A DNA stretch of 64,000 bases, taken from Phoronis australis. Taxonomy: Eukaryota > Animalia > Phoronida. The notes beneath the pieces are model-generated. The model had not been told where the DNA came from. It searched no databases and saw only the letters and a program-made list of their open reading frames with translations. The stretch is from positions 239,208 through 303,207 of the forward strand of contig NMRA01000187.1 in assembly GCA_002633005.1 (NCBI GenBank), read 5' to 3'. This document shows, one piece after another, positions 32,801 through 45,600 of this stretch. A program made the position numbers and the translations under genes. How positions within the stretch are numbered: position 1 is the stretch's first letter; every line of letters begins with the position of its first letter.

Positions 32801-35141
32801 AGGCAATTCCATTTGTGACGGATGTACAATCAGAGAACATATTGATCAATTGTGAAAAAATGTTCATCCTAGGAAAATAATTAATACATCATTTAATAGG
32901 TCTCACTGGTACAGTACAGCCACTAAATTTTTAGACTTTTTCCGTGCTACCTCATGCCTGGCCACACCGGAGCGTAACCGGAACGCAGGCGTGAGAGAAA
33001 TCTGTCAAGGCCTTCTCACGCCTATTCTTCGGGTGGTCCTCACACTTACCTCCAGTTTGGTTAACACCTTCCTCACGCCTTCGTCACGCTTACTTCATGC
33101 TTTCTTCACGCCTTTGGTAGCTGTGGTAACCATGGTAGGGCACCGGGCTAATCAGTAAAGTTACATGTAACGTCTTGATCTGCCTTTCGTTGCGGTGAAG
33201 TTGCATAGACATTATTATAGTATATTATAGAGTATCTGTGCAAGCAGTCATCTATCACACTTGGGTTCTGACTAACTCTGTAATTCCACGTGTTGTTCAA
33301 ACAAACGTCTTCCTTCAGCTCGTCTTGTGTTACACTTACATGTATATATTCAATTTACGACTTAAGAGCCAGTCCCATCAACGACATACATGTACAGTAA
33401 CCACGGTTAGTAAATACGAATAAACGCGACCCTGTGCCCAGAGTCATCTTTACATGGCTGTGCACTCCTTGAAACTTGTCACAGCTGGATATAGTTAATT
33501 TGCCCTAAAAATAGCCTTAGCATGTTATGAAAGTATTTTGTCACTCCGTAAATCTTTGCACCGCACTGGCGTACAGAAAATTTCAATAGGCTGCCCATCT
33601 GACATACCCATCCCTTACTGCAAGCAAATGTTTTGACTTAAAAGTCCTCAATCCGTAGTGCAGTTTAATTATTTGGAGCCCCCTCCCCGTAGTACATGCA
33701 TTTTGACTGAGTTCACAGTATCCCCGGGGTACTTCTTCACAAAAATAATAATAGCGATCATCTGTTTGACTCGTCATATGCATGGGCGCAATCATCCGCA
33801 TGATGCCAGAACTTGGGATCAATGTGCTCAGAATTCACATGCTATGCTCCTTCTTATTGTGAAGGCAATTGAATAATTCCGTCATGTACACGCGTGTTAA
33901 AATTCTTTATTAGTTTATACAAAAACAAATAGTTATATATCAGTGAAACGTAAAGTCCACGGGTCTGTTTCCTGAAGTGACTTAAGATTTGAAACGGAAA
34001 TTTTGGTCTTTTATTGCACGTGACGATTTCAAAAAAAATTAAACCTCACATGAGCAAAAGTCGATTAGAATACACACATCACTGCTAGTTACTGATATAA
34101 TTATAATAAATTACTTTTTTATCTGCGATGCAGGTAAACCCACGCCCGGCTCGCGTTTCGTTCTCGCCTAACTCACGGTAAGGTCCGGGTACAGTCACGC
34201 TTAGGCTCACGCCAGCTGTCACGGTTAATTCACGTCTCACTCTCCGGTCTGTCTCCAGTTACAGTGGCGGGTGGCTAGACCGGAGAGACACCGGAGAGAG
34301 TCTAATAATTCAGTGGCTGTACTGTAGCTCTTGAAGCGTGTATAATTAACTTTCTCTAATCTCTTTATCTGACTGAGAAAAGTGCCTTTAAATGTGTCAC
34401 ATACATACACAGAGACTTTGATTTTTTTACGCTATTTTTGTTTTATATGATGATTTAGTGGAATATTTGCGAAGTACAACACACTAATTTTTTGAAAATT
34501 TCTTCTAAGAAATTTTTGTCAGGCAGCTCGGAGAAAAGTGTATACATTGTTNACACATCACTGCTAGTTACTGATTTAATTTTAATAAATTACTTTTTTA
34601 CCTGCGATGCAGGTAAACCCACGCCCGGCTCGTGTTTCGTTCTCGCCTAACTCACGGTAAGGTCCGGGTACAGTCACGCTTAGGCTCACGCCAGCTGTCA
34701 CGGTTGATTTACGTCTCTCTCTGCGGTCTGTCTCCAGTTACAGTGGCAGGTGGCTAGACCGGAGAGACACCGGAGAGAGTCTATTAATTCAGTGGCTGTA
34801 CTGTAGCTCTTGAAGCGTGTATAATTAACTTTTCTCTAATATCTTTATCTGACTGAGAAAATTGCCTTTAAATGTGTCACATACATACACAGAGACTTTG
34901 ATTTTTTACGCAATTTTTGTTTTATATGATGATTTAGTGGAATATTTGCGAAATACAACACACTAATTTTTTGAAAATTTCTTCTAAGAAATTTTTGTCA
35001 GGCAGCTCGGAGAAAAGTGTATACATTGTTGGAAAGCTATCAATGAGACTTAACAATTGATGTATTAATTAATATTATCCTGGGAAGATGTTGTCACAAA
35101 ATGTTCTCTGATTATATGTCTGTCACAATTAGAATTGCCCT
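32801..35141. mobile_element. TIR element with about 90-bp imperfect TIRs ending CCCT|TTAA (Kolobok-like, tentative), host to a nested MITE
   Basis: GGCAATTC..TGTGAC..AATCAGAGAACAT vs ATGTTCTCTGATT..GTCACA..GAATTGCC. Confidence 0.6.
32912..34324. mobile_element. Tc1/mariner-type non-autonomous element, TIR CAGTACAGCCACT(A/G)AATT, TA TSD
   Basis: TA|CAGTACAGCCACT ... AGTGGCTGTACTG|TA. Confidence 0.8.
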
Positions 35142-35169
35142 TTAATTACTTCCGAGCCATGTTTCCAGT

Positions 35170-35625
35170 CAAAGATACCCAGACTAGCACTAGGCCTAGT
35201 TCACCTGATCAGTAAATACAGTCTGTCATGAGATACCCAGTTTAGCCCTAGGCCTAGTTCACCTCATCAGTTAATGCAGTCTGTCATGAGATACCCAGCC
35301 TAGCCCTAGGCCTAGTTCACCTGATCAGTAAATACAGTCTGTCATGTGATACTCAGCCTAGCCCTAGGCCTAGTTCACCTGATCAGTAAATACAGTCTGC
35401 CATGTGATACCCAGCCTAGCCCTAGGCCTAGTTCACTTGATCAGTAAATACAGTCTGTCGTGATACCCAGCCTAGCCCTAGGCCTAGTTCACCTGATCAG
35501 TAAATACAGTCTGTCATGTGATACCCAGCCTAGCCCTAGGCCTAGTTCACCTGATCAGTAAATACAGTCTGTCATGTGTTATCCAGCCTAGCCCTAGGCC
35601 TAGTTCACCTGATTAATAAATACAC
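35170..35625. repeat. About 58-bp minisatellite, 8 copies
   Basis: atacccagcctagccctaggcctagttcacctgatcagtaaatacagtctgtcatgtg. Confidence 0.92.
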
Positions 35626-35797
35626 TGAATACACTAGTTGGAGATCATTAAACAAACTTCCACTCAACATTTGCTACTAGTATTTCCCTAGGCTGCAGCC
35701 ACCCACAGATGATAGCGTACTGCCGTACTACAGTAGTATGTTATGAAAATTATCCATTTCAAAATATGTGGAATAATATCGAGTGAAACATGCAATC

Positions 35798-36040
35798 TAT
35801 GTGCAGTGAGTTGTACTTAACACGGGTGTGCAACGAGTTGTACTCAACACATGTGTGCAGTGAGTTGTACTCAACACATGTGTGCAGTGAGTTGTACTCA
35901 ACACATGTGTGCAGTGAGTTGTACTCAACACATGTGTGCAGTGAGTTGTACTCAACACATGTGTGCAGTGAGTTGTACTCAACACATGTGTGCAGTGAGT
36001 TTTAATTAACAGGTGTATGCAGTGAGTTGTAATTAACTCA
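35798..36040. repeat. 30-bp minisatellite
   Basis: gtgtgcagtgagttgtactcaacacat. Confidence 0.92.
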
Positions 36041-36512
36041 TACCCTGACTCTTGAGATAATTTAATCAACATGACCATATCCATGAAAATCTGCCGAAAT
36101 TTACTCGAGCTTCCATTGGCGGTTGCCATTTTGAGTAAGTCATGCGAAATCAAGCTGTGTGCAAGAATCTGAGTGTTTATAAACACCATGATTATGTGAG
36201 AATTGGGCACAAAACTACTACACTGTTGAATTTAGAATGTCCTACGTTACCTTGTGATTGGCTAATGAGTCAGTCAGGAAAACCACTTTGCTAATGAGGC
36301 AGTGAACACCATGTCTCTGCCTCATGATTGGTCAATTACGCTGGTTGTGATTGGCTAATGAGACAGTCAAGATTATTTCCCCTTGTTGTGGTTGATTAAT
36401 GAATCAGTCAGCACTGTTTTGTTATTGTGTTTGGATAATGGATCATTTAAGATTATGTTCCCTAGGTGAGATTAGCTGATGACTTTTTGTGTTTTGACAG
36501 TCAGTTGCAAGG

Positions 36513-36647
36513 ATGTGCACTCCAAAGAACTTCATATTTGAACCAGTGATGGCTGGTGGTGTGACGGCTCTGCAGGTTGGGGCTCCAAGCCCAGACATGT
36601 TGAGAGAGAGCGCCTTGGTGTTCCAAAAGGCTACCCAGTCTCTAATG
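36513..36647 (+). CDS. Aminotransferase coding exon 1: MCTPKNF...VGAPSPDML...QSLM
   Basis: Acceptor ttgacag at 36500 suggests an upstream UTR exon; donor |gtgagc. Confidence 0.83.
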
Positions 36648-39600
36648 GTGAGCACTCCTTCATGCACACTGAAAATGCTTGGAACATTGCGCTCAAATTA
36701 CTTAAAATGTGGTTGATATGCATATCAAGTTGCCCACTTTGTTTTGTGGTCATATATTAAAAAAACAATTGTCAAAACGCATAAATGGTGGCCTTGAGAT
36801 ATGATGGACTTTTGGTCACGATGTAGATCCATTAATTATTGCGTTAACCTTTCTCATGAATGAATCCTAAAGTAAATCTCCAAATTTACTCTTTCAAATG
36901 TAGTATGTTAGATTTGGTGTAAAAGATTAATTTGCCGTTAGTGCACCTTAAGAGGCACCCATTTTTCTCTTGAGTGTAGTATAGTAAACAGAGTTCCTTT
37001 TTACCGCCAGTTTTATGATTTTAAGTGAAGTTAGTTTATTTTATATATGCTGTAGTTATCAAAATATGAATACTAATGTTGTAATTGCTCCCTGTATTGG
37101 TTGAATTTTCAGCAAGATTCTAACATGTGGGAACTGTTCCAATATGGCGCCCCTCAAGGGTCATTAGGCTTTAGAGAACAGCTTGCAGCCTTCTTGAGCA
37201 AAGGTTATAATTCTCCTGTGAACAGGTAGGTAGTATCGCTGTAGAGGGCAATAGTAGTGCAATTTAACAACCTAGCTGCCTGTAGAGGACGATTGTTGTG
37301 CAGTTCAAGTACTCGCCTGTAGAGGGTGATAGTGGTGCAGTTCAACTACTTTCCTGTAGAGGATGATAATCAGGAGCGGATCCAGGATTTTGATTTAGGG
37401 GGGCCAGGGAAGAGTATTAGCTGGGAATTGGATTTTCGCTGTCAGACCATCGACCCCCTCCCCTCCCAGAACTTCCCACGCAAGGATAACAGGTGGATTC
37501 TCTACGCCCCCCCACCCCTCATATAGGAGACTTTAGTATCTTATATTTCCCTTGATTTCTGATTGAGTATAATAAGATCTTGGGGATACTTTTAGCGTCA
37601 AGTCACTCTTTTCATCGAGCGCGAAAAAAATCTCACTGCGGCCCCTCGAACTGAGCTGGAATCTCTTACATCAGAGTCAAACTTTCCAAGTTAGCTTTGA
37701 TCAAAACTTTCTTGACTTGCACGTGCCTTTCTGCTGATTGCGTTTAAGAACGTCTCGTGTGAATAGAACTTCGCCAGCTGTTGCGCCCCAAGGCGCGCTA
37801 CACATTTGCCTGCTAAACAAGAGGCTGTGGCTGAAAATGCAAAACAAAATTGTAAACTTAATTGTAATTTTCTTACTTAATATTAAGTGCATCTGCTGCG
37901 AAATAACGTCTGTGCAAAATGCTTTACTGCGCATGCGAAGTTCTACAGGACTATTCTGAACGAAAAAAGGTGAGTGCGACAGAATTTAAAACAAGGAATT
38001 TTCGAGTAATTAAACAGCATTGGTTTTATTTTGGAAGTGTTTCCAAGGAGACAGTGTAAGATAACAAGTCCGTTGATTGTTTAATCTTCACTTATATTAC
38101 GAGTAGTGCCGCGTATACAGAGTAATTCACTCCTTTTCACACTGAAAATACTAGACGCAGATCAATTGAGCGACACAACAATCATGTTGACAAGTTTTGT
38201 CCAATCAAATCTTATTTAAAAGCATTCGCCTGGGATGTCTAGCTGCAAACATGTCTATGACACGGTTAACGTCGACCTTAATGTCCGTTTGCATGAAAAG
38301 TATTGTCAATGCATTCATCACCCATTGTGCTTGCAAAGAGTGTTATAACAAATTCAATGTAGAATTTGCTCGCTCAATAGAAGCAGATTCAACACCTTGG
38401 TGATGTTTGGAAATAGCAATGGACGATCCGAGAGTGTACCAGTGATGTTATCCGGTTTGACGTCTGTGTTCATCCATAGTTGCACCCACAGCTTAACTTG
38501 TGGTGCAAAGTGTGTTGATTTGTCATAGAACCAGATGAAAAGACTAATTGAAAATTCCTAACAGCGTTTTTGAGGTAACTAGTGAAGTTTTCATTTAAAA
38601 AAAGGTTTCATTAAAATCGACCAAGCAGTTATTTTGCTATGAATGTGCCTTTATTAAAAATGGAATGTTGACTTAAAAAGGTTTTTACGTAAAAATAGTA
38701 ATGGTTCATAGTTACACAAAGTATTTTGGTATTTCCCGACATTTTTCTTTCATAAGATATATACTTTTACAAGTTGACAAAGCTTAAAGTTTTTTTGATG
38801 TACGAGTTAGAATGGATAGTACTAAATAAGGTTTGAGATAACCATAAGCTGAAGAGTGCTGTGTGTTACCGTTATTGTTGCCGTTCTTCCAGCGACCGCC
38901 TGTTCATGACACCAGGTGCCACCACTGGTCTCCATTTTGTGTGCTCACTACTCATGCCTCCCTGTTCCACGGTGTTCATTGAGGACCCCACCTACTTCCT
39001 TGCACTCAACATGTTCAGAGATGACTTTGGTTACAATATTGTTCCAGGTGAGTGTGCAAGACTATGTGTCCTGTGTGATGTTAACCAGTCAGTGTGGAGG
39101 GATGTGGTCATTGACCTGTTAACCAGTCAGTGTGGAGGCATGTGGTCATTGACATTTCTCATAACTACAGTCTATGTAGAACACAAAATAGCCGCATCCC
39201 AAAACATCATCTTTTGGTTCTGCGCTGTTAAGTACCCACAATGCAGGTCACTCATGTTTTCACTGTTGTTTTGTCTTATGTTATTCCAATCAGTGTTATA
39301 CTGCAGCGCTATGAGCTGTCTTGGTGACATCAACACATGTAACCATCTCTGTGCTTTGCCATATGCTCATATTTACTTTTCTCTTTCGCCAGAGAACTGC
39401 TCGAGTATGCTGTTCTTTTCTCTCTTGCCACAGAACTGTTCCATCATGTAGTATTTTTACCAGCTGTCAAAGAACAGAGTTGAGTTTGGGAAATGGCTAC
39501 AACAGTTTCCAATATTAGCTGCAGTATTAGACAAAATACATTTAGTTTTCTATATTAGCTACAGTACATGACAAAATACAACAGTTTTCAATATTAGCTG

Positions 39601-42600
39601 CAGTATTAGACAAAATACATTATGTAGCGTATAGTCACACGCACATTAGATGTCTCTCTTGTTGTTGACCCAGCAGTTTACACGCGTATAATAATAATAC
39701 CGTAACATTGGCTCATAAAACTTTATTTATGATATGATTCAAGTAATAATACGGTATTCAATACGGTGAGATACGATACGATAAGATACGATATGATTTA
39801 CTATCTTACGATACGATATGGTTAAACCTGAAACAATTAATAAAGATAATACAATATCTAATACAAATTGAAGTACCAAATACATCATACTAAAATACAG
39901 AAAATTGCATATCTAATAATATTATATCAACCCACAGTTTGGCAAACAATAGTTAGCAGAAACTTGTAGTTACAACAATTTCTATTACAACACTTTCTAT
40001 GAGTTAATCAAATAATCAAAGAACTGAAAATAGTTGTTTCTAAAGTGAAAGTTTATAGTAAAACATCAAGAAACAAAGTTGTCTCTTACCAACGCTGGGT
40101 ATCTGTGATATTTTTGAAGCAAGCAGCAGCCTCTCTCCAAGCAATATGAATTCTAGAGTAGCTAACAGAATATTTATACTGAACACAAGAAAGGTGGGCG
40201 AGATAACTCAAAACATGAAAACTCACAAAACTTCCTCTAAATGCTACATCTAGTTCCAAAACAATTCTCTGAACAAGGTCGCTGGTTCCAAACCAATTCT
40301 GTGAATCAATCTGCTGGACTCCAGCAATGAACCCAAGTCATTACCAATTATGGTGCAGGACAATCAAGAGTTGAGTAATTCCGATGGACAAATAACAGAT
40401 TATTGTTGTTGTCGGAAATGCCTCATCCCAAAGCTGACAGGTTTTCAAAGACTTTAAGTTACACAACTTGCAAAACAAGGCACAATTGTTATTATAAACA
40501 TCCCACAACTGGTAACAGACATGTGGTGAATCACTTCCCATGAACTCCTAGGAGGTTACAAATTTTGGTAAACAACCAATATGTTTGATTAATTATACAC
40601 TAGCCACTAAAATTGCATAACTTTGCTTTTAATTAGACTAATTATCTACAGCATCAAAAAATGTCACTAACACATTAGTTTTCTATATTAGCTACAGTAC
40701 AAGACAAAATACATTAGTTTTCTATATTAGCTACAGTACATGACAAAATACAACGGTTTTCAATATTAGCTGCAGTTATAGACAAAATACATTAGTTTTC
40801 TATATTAGCTACTGAACAGTATATGAGAAAATACAACAGTTTCCAATATTAGCTGCAGTATTAGACAAAATACTTTAGTTTTCTATATCAGCTACAGTAC
40901 ATGACAAAATACAGCAGTTTTCAATATTAGCTACAGTACAAGGTAAAGTACAACAGTTTTCAATATTAGCTGCAGTACAAGACAAAATACCTTTCCTCCA
41001 CCATGATGGTTAATTGTGTTTACTGCACAAATGGCAGATATTAACACAGTACTGTATATTAACACAGTACTGTATGTTAACAAAGTACTGTATGTTAACA
41101 CAGTACTGTATCTTAACACAGTACTGTATCTTAACACAGTACTGTATGTTAACACAGTACTGTATCTTAACACAGTACTGTATCTTAACACAGTACTGTA
41201 TCTTAACACAGTACTGTATCTTAACACAGTACTGTATCTTAACACAGTACTGTATCTTAACACAGTACTGTATCTTAACACAGTACTGTATCTTAACACA
41301 GTACTGTATATTAACACAGTACTGTATATTAACACAGTACTGTATATTAACACAGTACTGTATCTTAACACAGTAGTTGAAGACTGATTGTTATGGGTTT
41401 AGTGTTTTGTATCACTGGTGTGGACTGAGTGGTTTGCATCTCTAGTACGGGTTGAGTGTTTTGTGTCACTGGTGGTGTGAGTTGAGTGTTTGTTATCGTT
41501 TTTAGAATTCAAAACATTCAGTCTCCATAGTTTATTCAACATCCTACGGTCGTACAAGAAGTACATATAAGGTATCCGAAAAGAAAATGAGAAACAAATG
41601 TATGCAAAATAATTAAAAAAAAACAAACTAACAAGTATCACTGTGAATAACTAAGAGACGAAACAACTAGTTTGTAACTGCAAACTCAAAATGAACTTGA
41701 GGTCAAACCAAGTTCAAAATGTCAAATGACCGTGTGGTTAAGTTCAGGGGAGCCATATGTCACTGTGCAAACACACAAAGCCTCGAAAAGGAATAGCAAA
41801 ATAAATCTAATATACTAAGCATCTATGAAGCAAACAACAAGCTGTTAACCACGAATGGAATGACGTAGAAAATAAAAACTTACAAGAAGTAAGAAAAAAC
41901 ACGTCTTTCATAAAGTTAACAAAAAACAGGAAGTGACGGGCAGCGTAACAAGCGGCAAATCTGAAAACTATACTAAAGCACTGACTTGCCACGCCATCTA
42001 TTGATAACTGAACTCAAAACTCATTTGACATCCTACATCGCTGGTATGGGTTGAGTGTTTTGTATCATTGGTGTGTGGTTTGAGTGTTTTGTGTCATTGG
42101 TGTGTGGTTTGAGTGTTTTGTGTCATTAGTGACAGCTATATTTTTGTATCGCCAGCATGAGTTATTTCATATCGCCAGAATGTGTTATTTTGTATCGTCA
42201 GTATGAGTTATTTTCGATCATTAGTAAAAGTTTTTTGGTGTTTCCAGTTTCCACAGACAGCCTGGGGACAAATATTGATGACCTGGAGAACCTAGTTGCG
42301 GACTATGCTCGTAAGAATGACTTCACACCCACTGAGAAGTATCCATTCCGTGCGCTGGTCTATGTAGTTACTACATTCAACAATCCTTTTGGAAGTAGTC
42401 TGCCTCAAGGTATTATCATTATCATTTTCATTATCATTATTATTATAACCTTACAACAAAATTGATGGAAGTTCTTCTAGAGTTTGGAAATTCACAAAAT
42501 GTTGTAGCAGAGCATTTTAGCTATTAATTTCTAAAATTATTCCATTTTACTGGACGAGTCTAAACGGATAACCGTATTCGCCCTAATAAGCGCCCGTGCT

Positions 42601-45600
42601 CCTATAAGTGCTTCCCACGCTTTTTCAGATGTTGCTGAAATAAGCGCCCAACCCATGAATGTGTACATGCGAAAAATGACTTACCCACAGTTCTAAAATG
42701 ATCAACAAAAAATCATTGTGGATGGAATTTCTGTGCTACCAGCCTCTCCCCAATGTCAGTATTAAGCCATGACTATGCACTTCAAACATCCGCTGTCCTT
42801 CAAAAAAACGCAAAAGTTTTGGTGACCTCATGCGGAGAATGTCCCACTATGGTCTGGCCTTTCAGAAGAAACACAGCGTACTTTTCAACTTGATTGAATC
42901 TTTCATGTACAGTTTCCAATTATTCTCCTCCCTCAACAGGATTCCGAATATCTTTGTACATGTTGTCAAAACCTGCCATTCACAAATAAGAAAAACTTGT
43001 TAAAGCATGTGGCCAGGAAGCCATCGCTACAGACGTGTCATCTTAAGGACATATCCATGTAACAACGGGTATCGTAGCATCGGCAAGAAACATATTTATG
43101 AGCAACACAGCACTGGAATAATTGCGAGGCTATAGACCCCAAACTGATATGGTGATCTCCACCCATTCCCATGGGCAGTGCAGCACTGAAATTAGTGGGG
43201 AGCTATAACCTCCCAGCCCCCTATGGTCCCCCACCCATGATATTGGCACTGATTTCCAAAAGTTTCTAATACTTCTGCGTTATTTTTAGGAGGAATTATT
43301 TGATTAATCATAATTGGTGTTTTTAAGTCAGACGTCAGATAAAATGACCCACTGAAAGTGAACAAATCGGCACCCTTACACCCGAATCTCCCGGGAAATA
43401 ACTGTCAGACAGTCATACATCCAGTCACCCATTGACTCAATGACATTATATCGGCGTTACCGACACAATTTTGCACATTTTGATAGTAGATGATATCAGC
43501 TAGTGCAAAATAAAACATGTCCTGCTTTGCTGCGTGTATCTTAATTTCTTTAGTTACAATGCACAAGTCATCTAGATCGTTACATTGCGTTTACTCCATC
43601 AAATGAACACTTGTGACATGCATTCGCTCGCTCAGTCACACGCACGCAGACGAACTTCAAAACAAACGTCTCGTGACAACAACATGGGTTTTCTTCCAGA
43701 GATTTTTCTCAGGTTGCGAGGCGCAATCTTGCGCAGATTTGAACTTAATACCTGCACAATCCCGTCTCCACAGGAACTTAAAAATCTTAGGAACACTATT
43801 TGGAAAATGTAAAGGGATTTCAGTGAATTTGTTGATTGATTGCGTCGAAACTATTTTTATTCAAGTTGCTGTATCAATGATCGCGAGGCAGTGACACATC
43901 TGCCCTGGGATTTTTGCACAATTTTCTAATGATTGTAATTAAAAAAGTTTGAAAGCATTGCATCACAGGTTTATAGAGTGTCTGTCGTAGGTTATGGATA
44001 TATTACAGCGTAAATTTGATGATTCCTAGCTTCCAATTTCACCCGTTTCCGAGATGAGTTTCAACTGCCTTAGGTTACAATAATTGCGCGTATGCTTATT
44101 AGCGCGGATACGGTATTCCATTTTACTGGAGGAGTCTAAACTGAATATTCTTCAAGACCTAATTTTTCATTCTTATTTTAAATTTGGTTCAACCAGTTTT
44201 GTTCAGTTGCATTATCATGAAAACAATATGATGAATTATGCACTCCATTGATGAGTCATTGAGTTCGTCAGTAGCAGCGACTACACAAAATGTGTTACAC
44301 TGACACCTGTTGGATGCAAGGATGTCCTGGACTGTGATACATGTTGTGGATGCAAGGATGTCCTGGACTGTGCTACATGTTGTGGATGCAAGGATGTCCT
44401 GGACTGTGATACATGTTGTGGATGCAAGGATGTCCTGGACTGTGCTACATGTTGTGGATGTAAGAATGTCCTGGACTGTGCTACATGTTGTGGATGTAAG
44501 GATGTCCTGGACTGTGTTACATGTTGTTTGAGCTTCATGATTCGACTACACAAAGTTTGGTTACATTACTTCAGACATGTAATGACTGACTCACTCAACT
44601 AGACAATATCCATTCTCATAATAGTACTCATCTGCTCATCTTTTTATTCCCAGACAGGTGTAAGCGGCTGGTGGAGATTGCCAGGAAATATGACTTGTTA
44701 GTGGTGGCCGATGATGTTTACAATCTGTTGAATTATAATTATGAAAGAGATCCACCTGCACGGCTACTTACATATGATGAAGCGTGAGTATACTCATGAC
44801 TAATGGACCTCACGTGGAACAGTTGTCATAGTGTGACTTGTCACGTGGAACAGTTGTCATAGTGTGAGTTGTCACATTGCCGCTTGCTCCGCTTAAGTCA
44901 CAATTACACGACATTAGATCACAAACTAGATCAGCCTGAGTCATTTACACAAAGACTATCTGCGCTTGCTCACGTAAACAATAGGGAATGTCCAAACCAT
45001 GTGTATTGCCAGCGGATCACCTTTATATATGCTACTGCGCAAGCATATTTAAATATGATCCCTTTCTGCCGCGCCCCAGTTTTGTTTAGACGTGTAGTTG
45101 ACATTCAAGCAACTCGCTCTACCTTTCAAACCAGTGTCAGAAATAGACAACGCAGTGTCAACTTGCTCCGTGTCAGTCGTGTTTACACACACACTTGCGC
45201 TCAATCAATTATTTCGCGTTAGTTGCTCCATGACAGCTGGCTCCTGAGTAAATGCGACTTAACACACCTGACTAATGCACCTAACTAGCGCACCTGACTA
45301 GCGCACCTGAATAACACACCTGAAGAACACTACTGACAAACACACCTGACAAACTATATGTATGACATATACCCTGTGTGTTGTAAGCAAGTTGTGTGAG
45401 ACTGTCAGCACATATGAGAAAACTATACATTATCTTGCTTTGGCATTTTGTTAACTGTGTCCAATGGATGAGACACTCCCCAGTTTTTATCCCAGCTTCT
45501 GTACATAACAATGATGCCAGAAAGGGTTACGTAATAATAAAATATCAGCCAATCAGATATAGTTTATGCAATGTGGAGCAACCAATTCAGATATTGTGTT

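Noticed and set aside
34074-35030. About 478-bp direct duplication around the n at 34552
   Set aside because: Same gap-flanking pattern; probable assembly artefact that doubles a MITE end
35170-35625. Regular repeats resembling a CRISPR array (also 60979-61311, 63678-64000)
   Set aside because: No unique spacers, no cas genes, eukaryotic context; ordinary minisatellites
40931-41387. 120-146 aa repetitive ORFs (also 10935-11324, 35797-36210, 44281-44553)
   Set aside because: Translations of stop-free minisatellites in several frames
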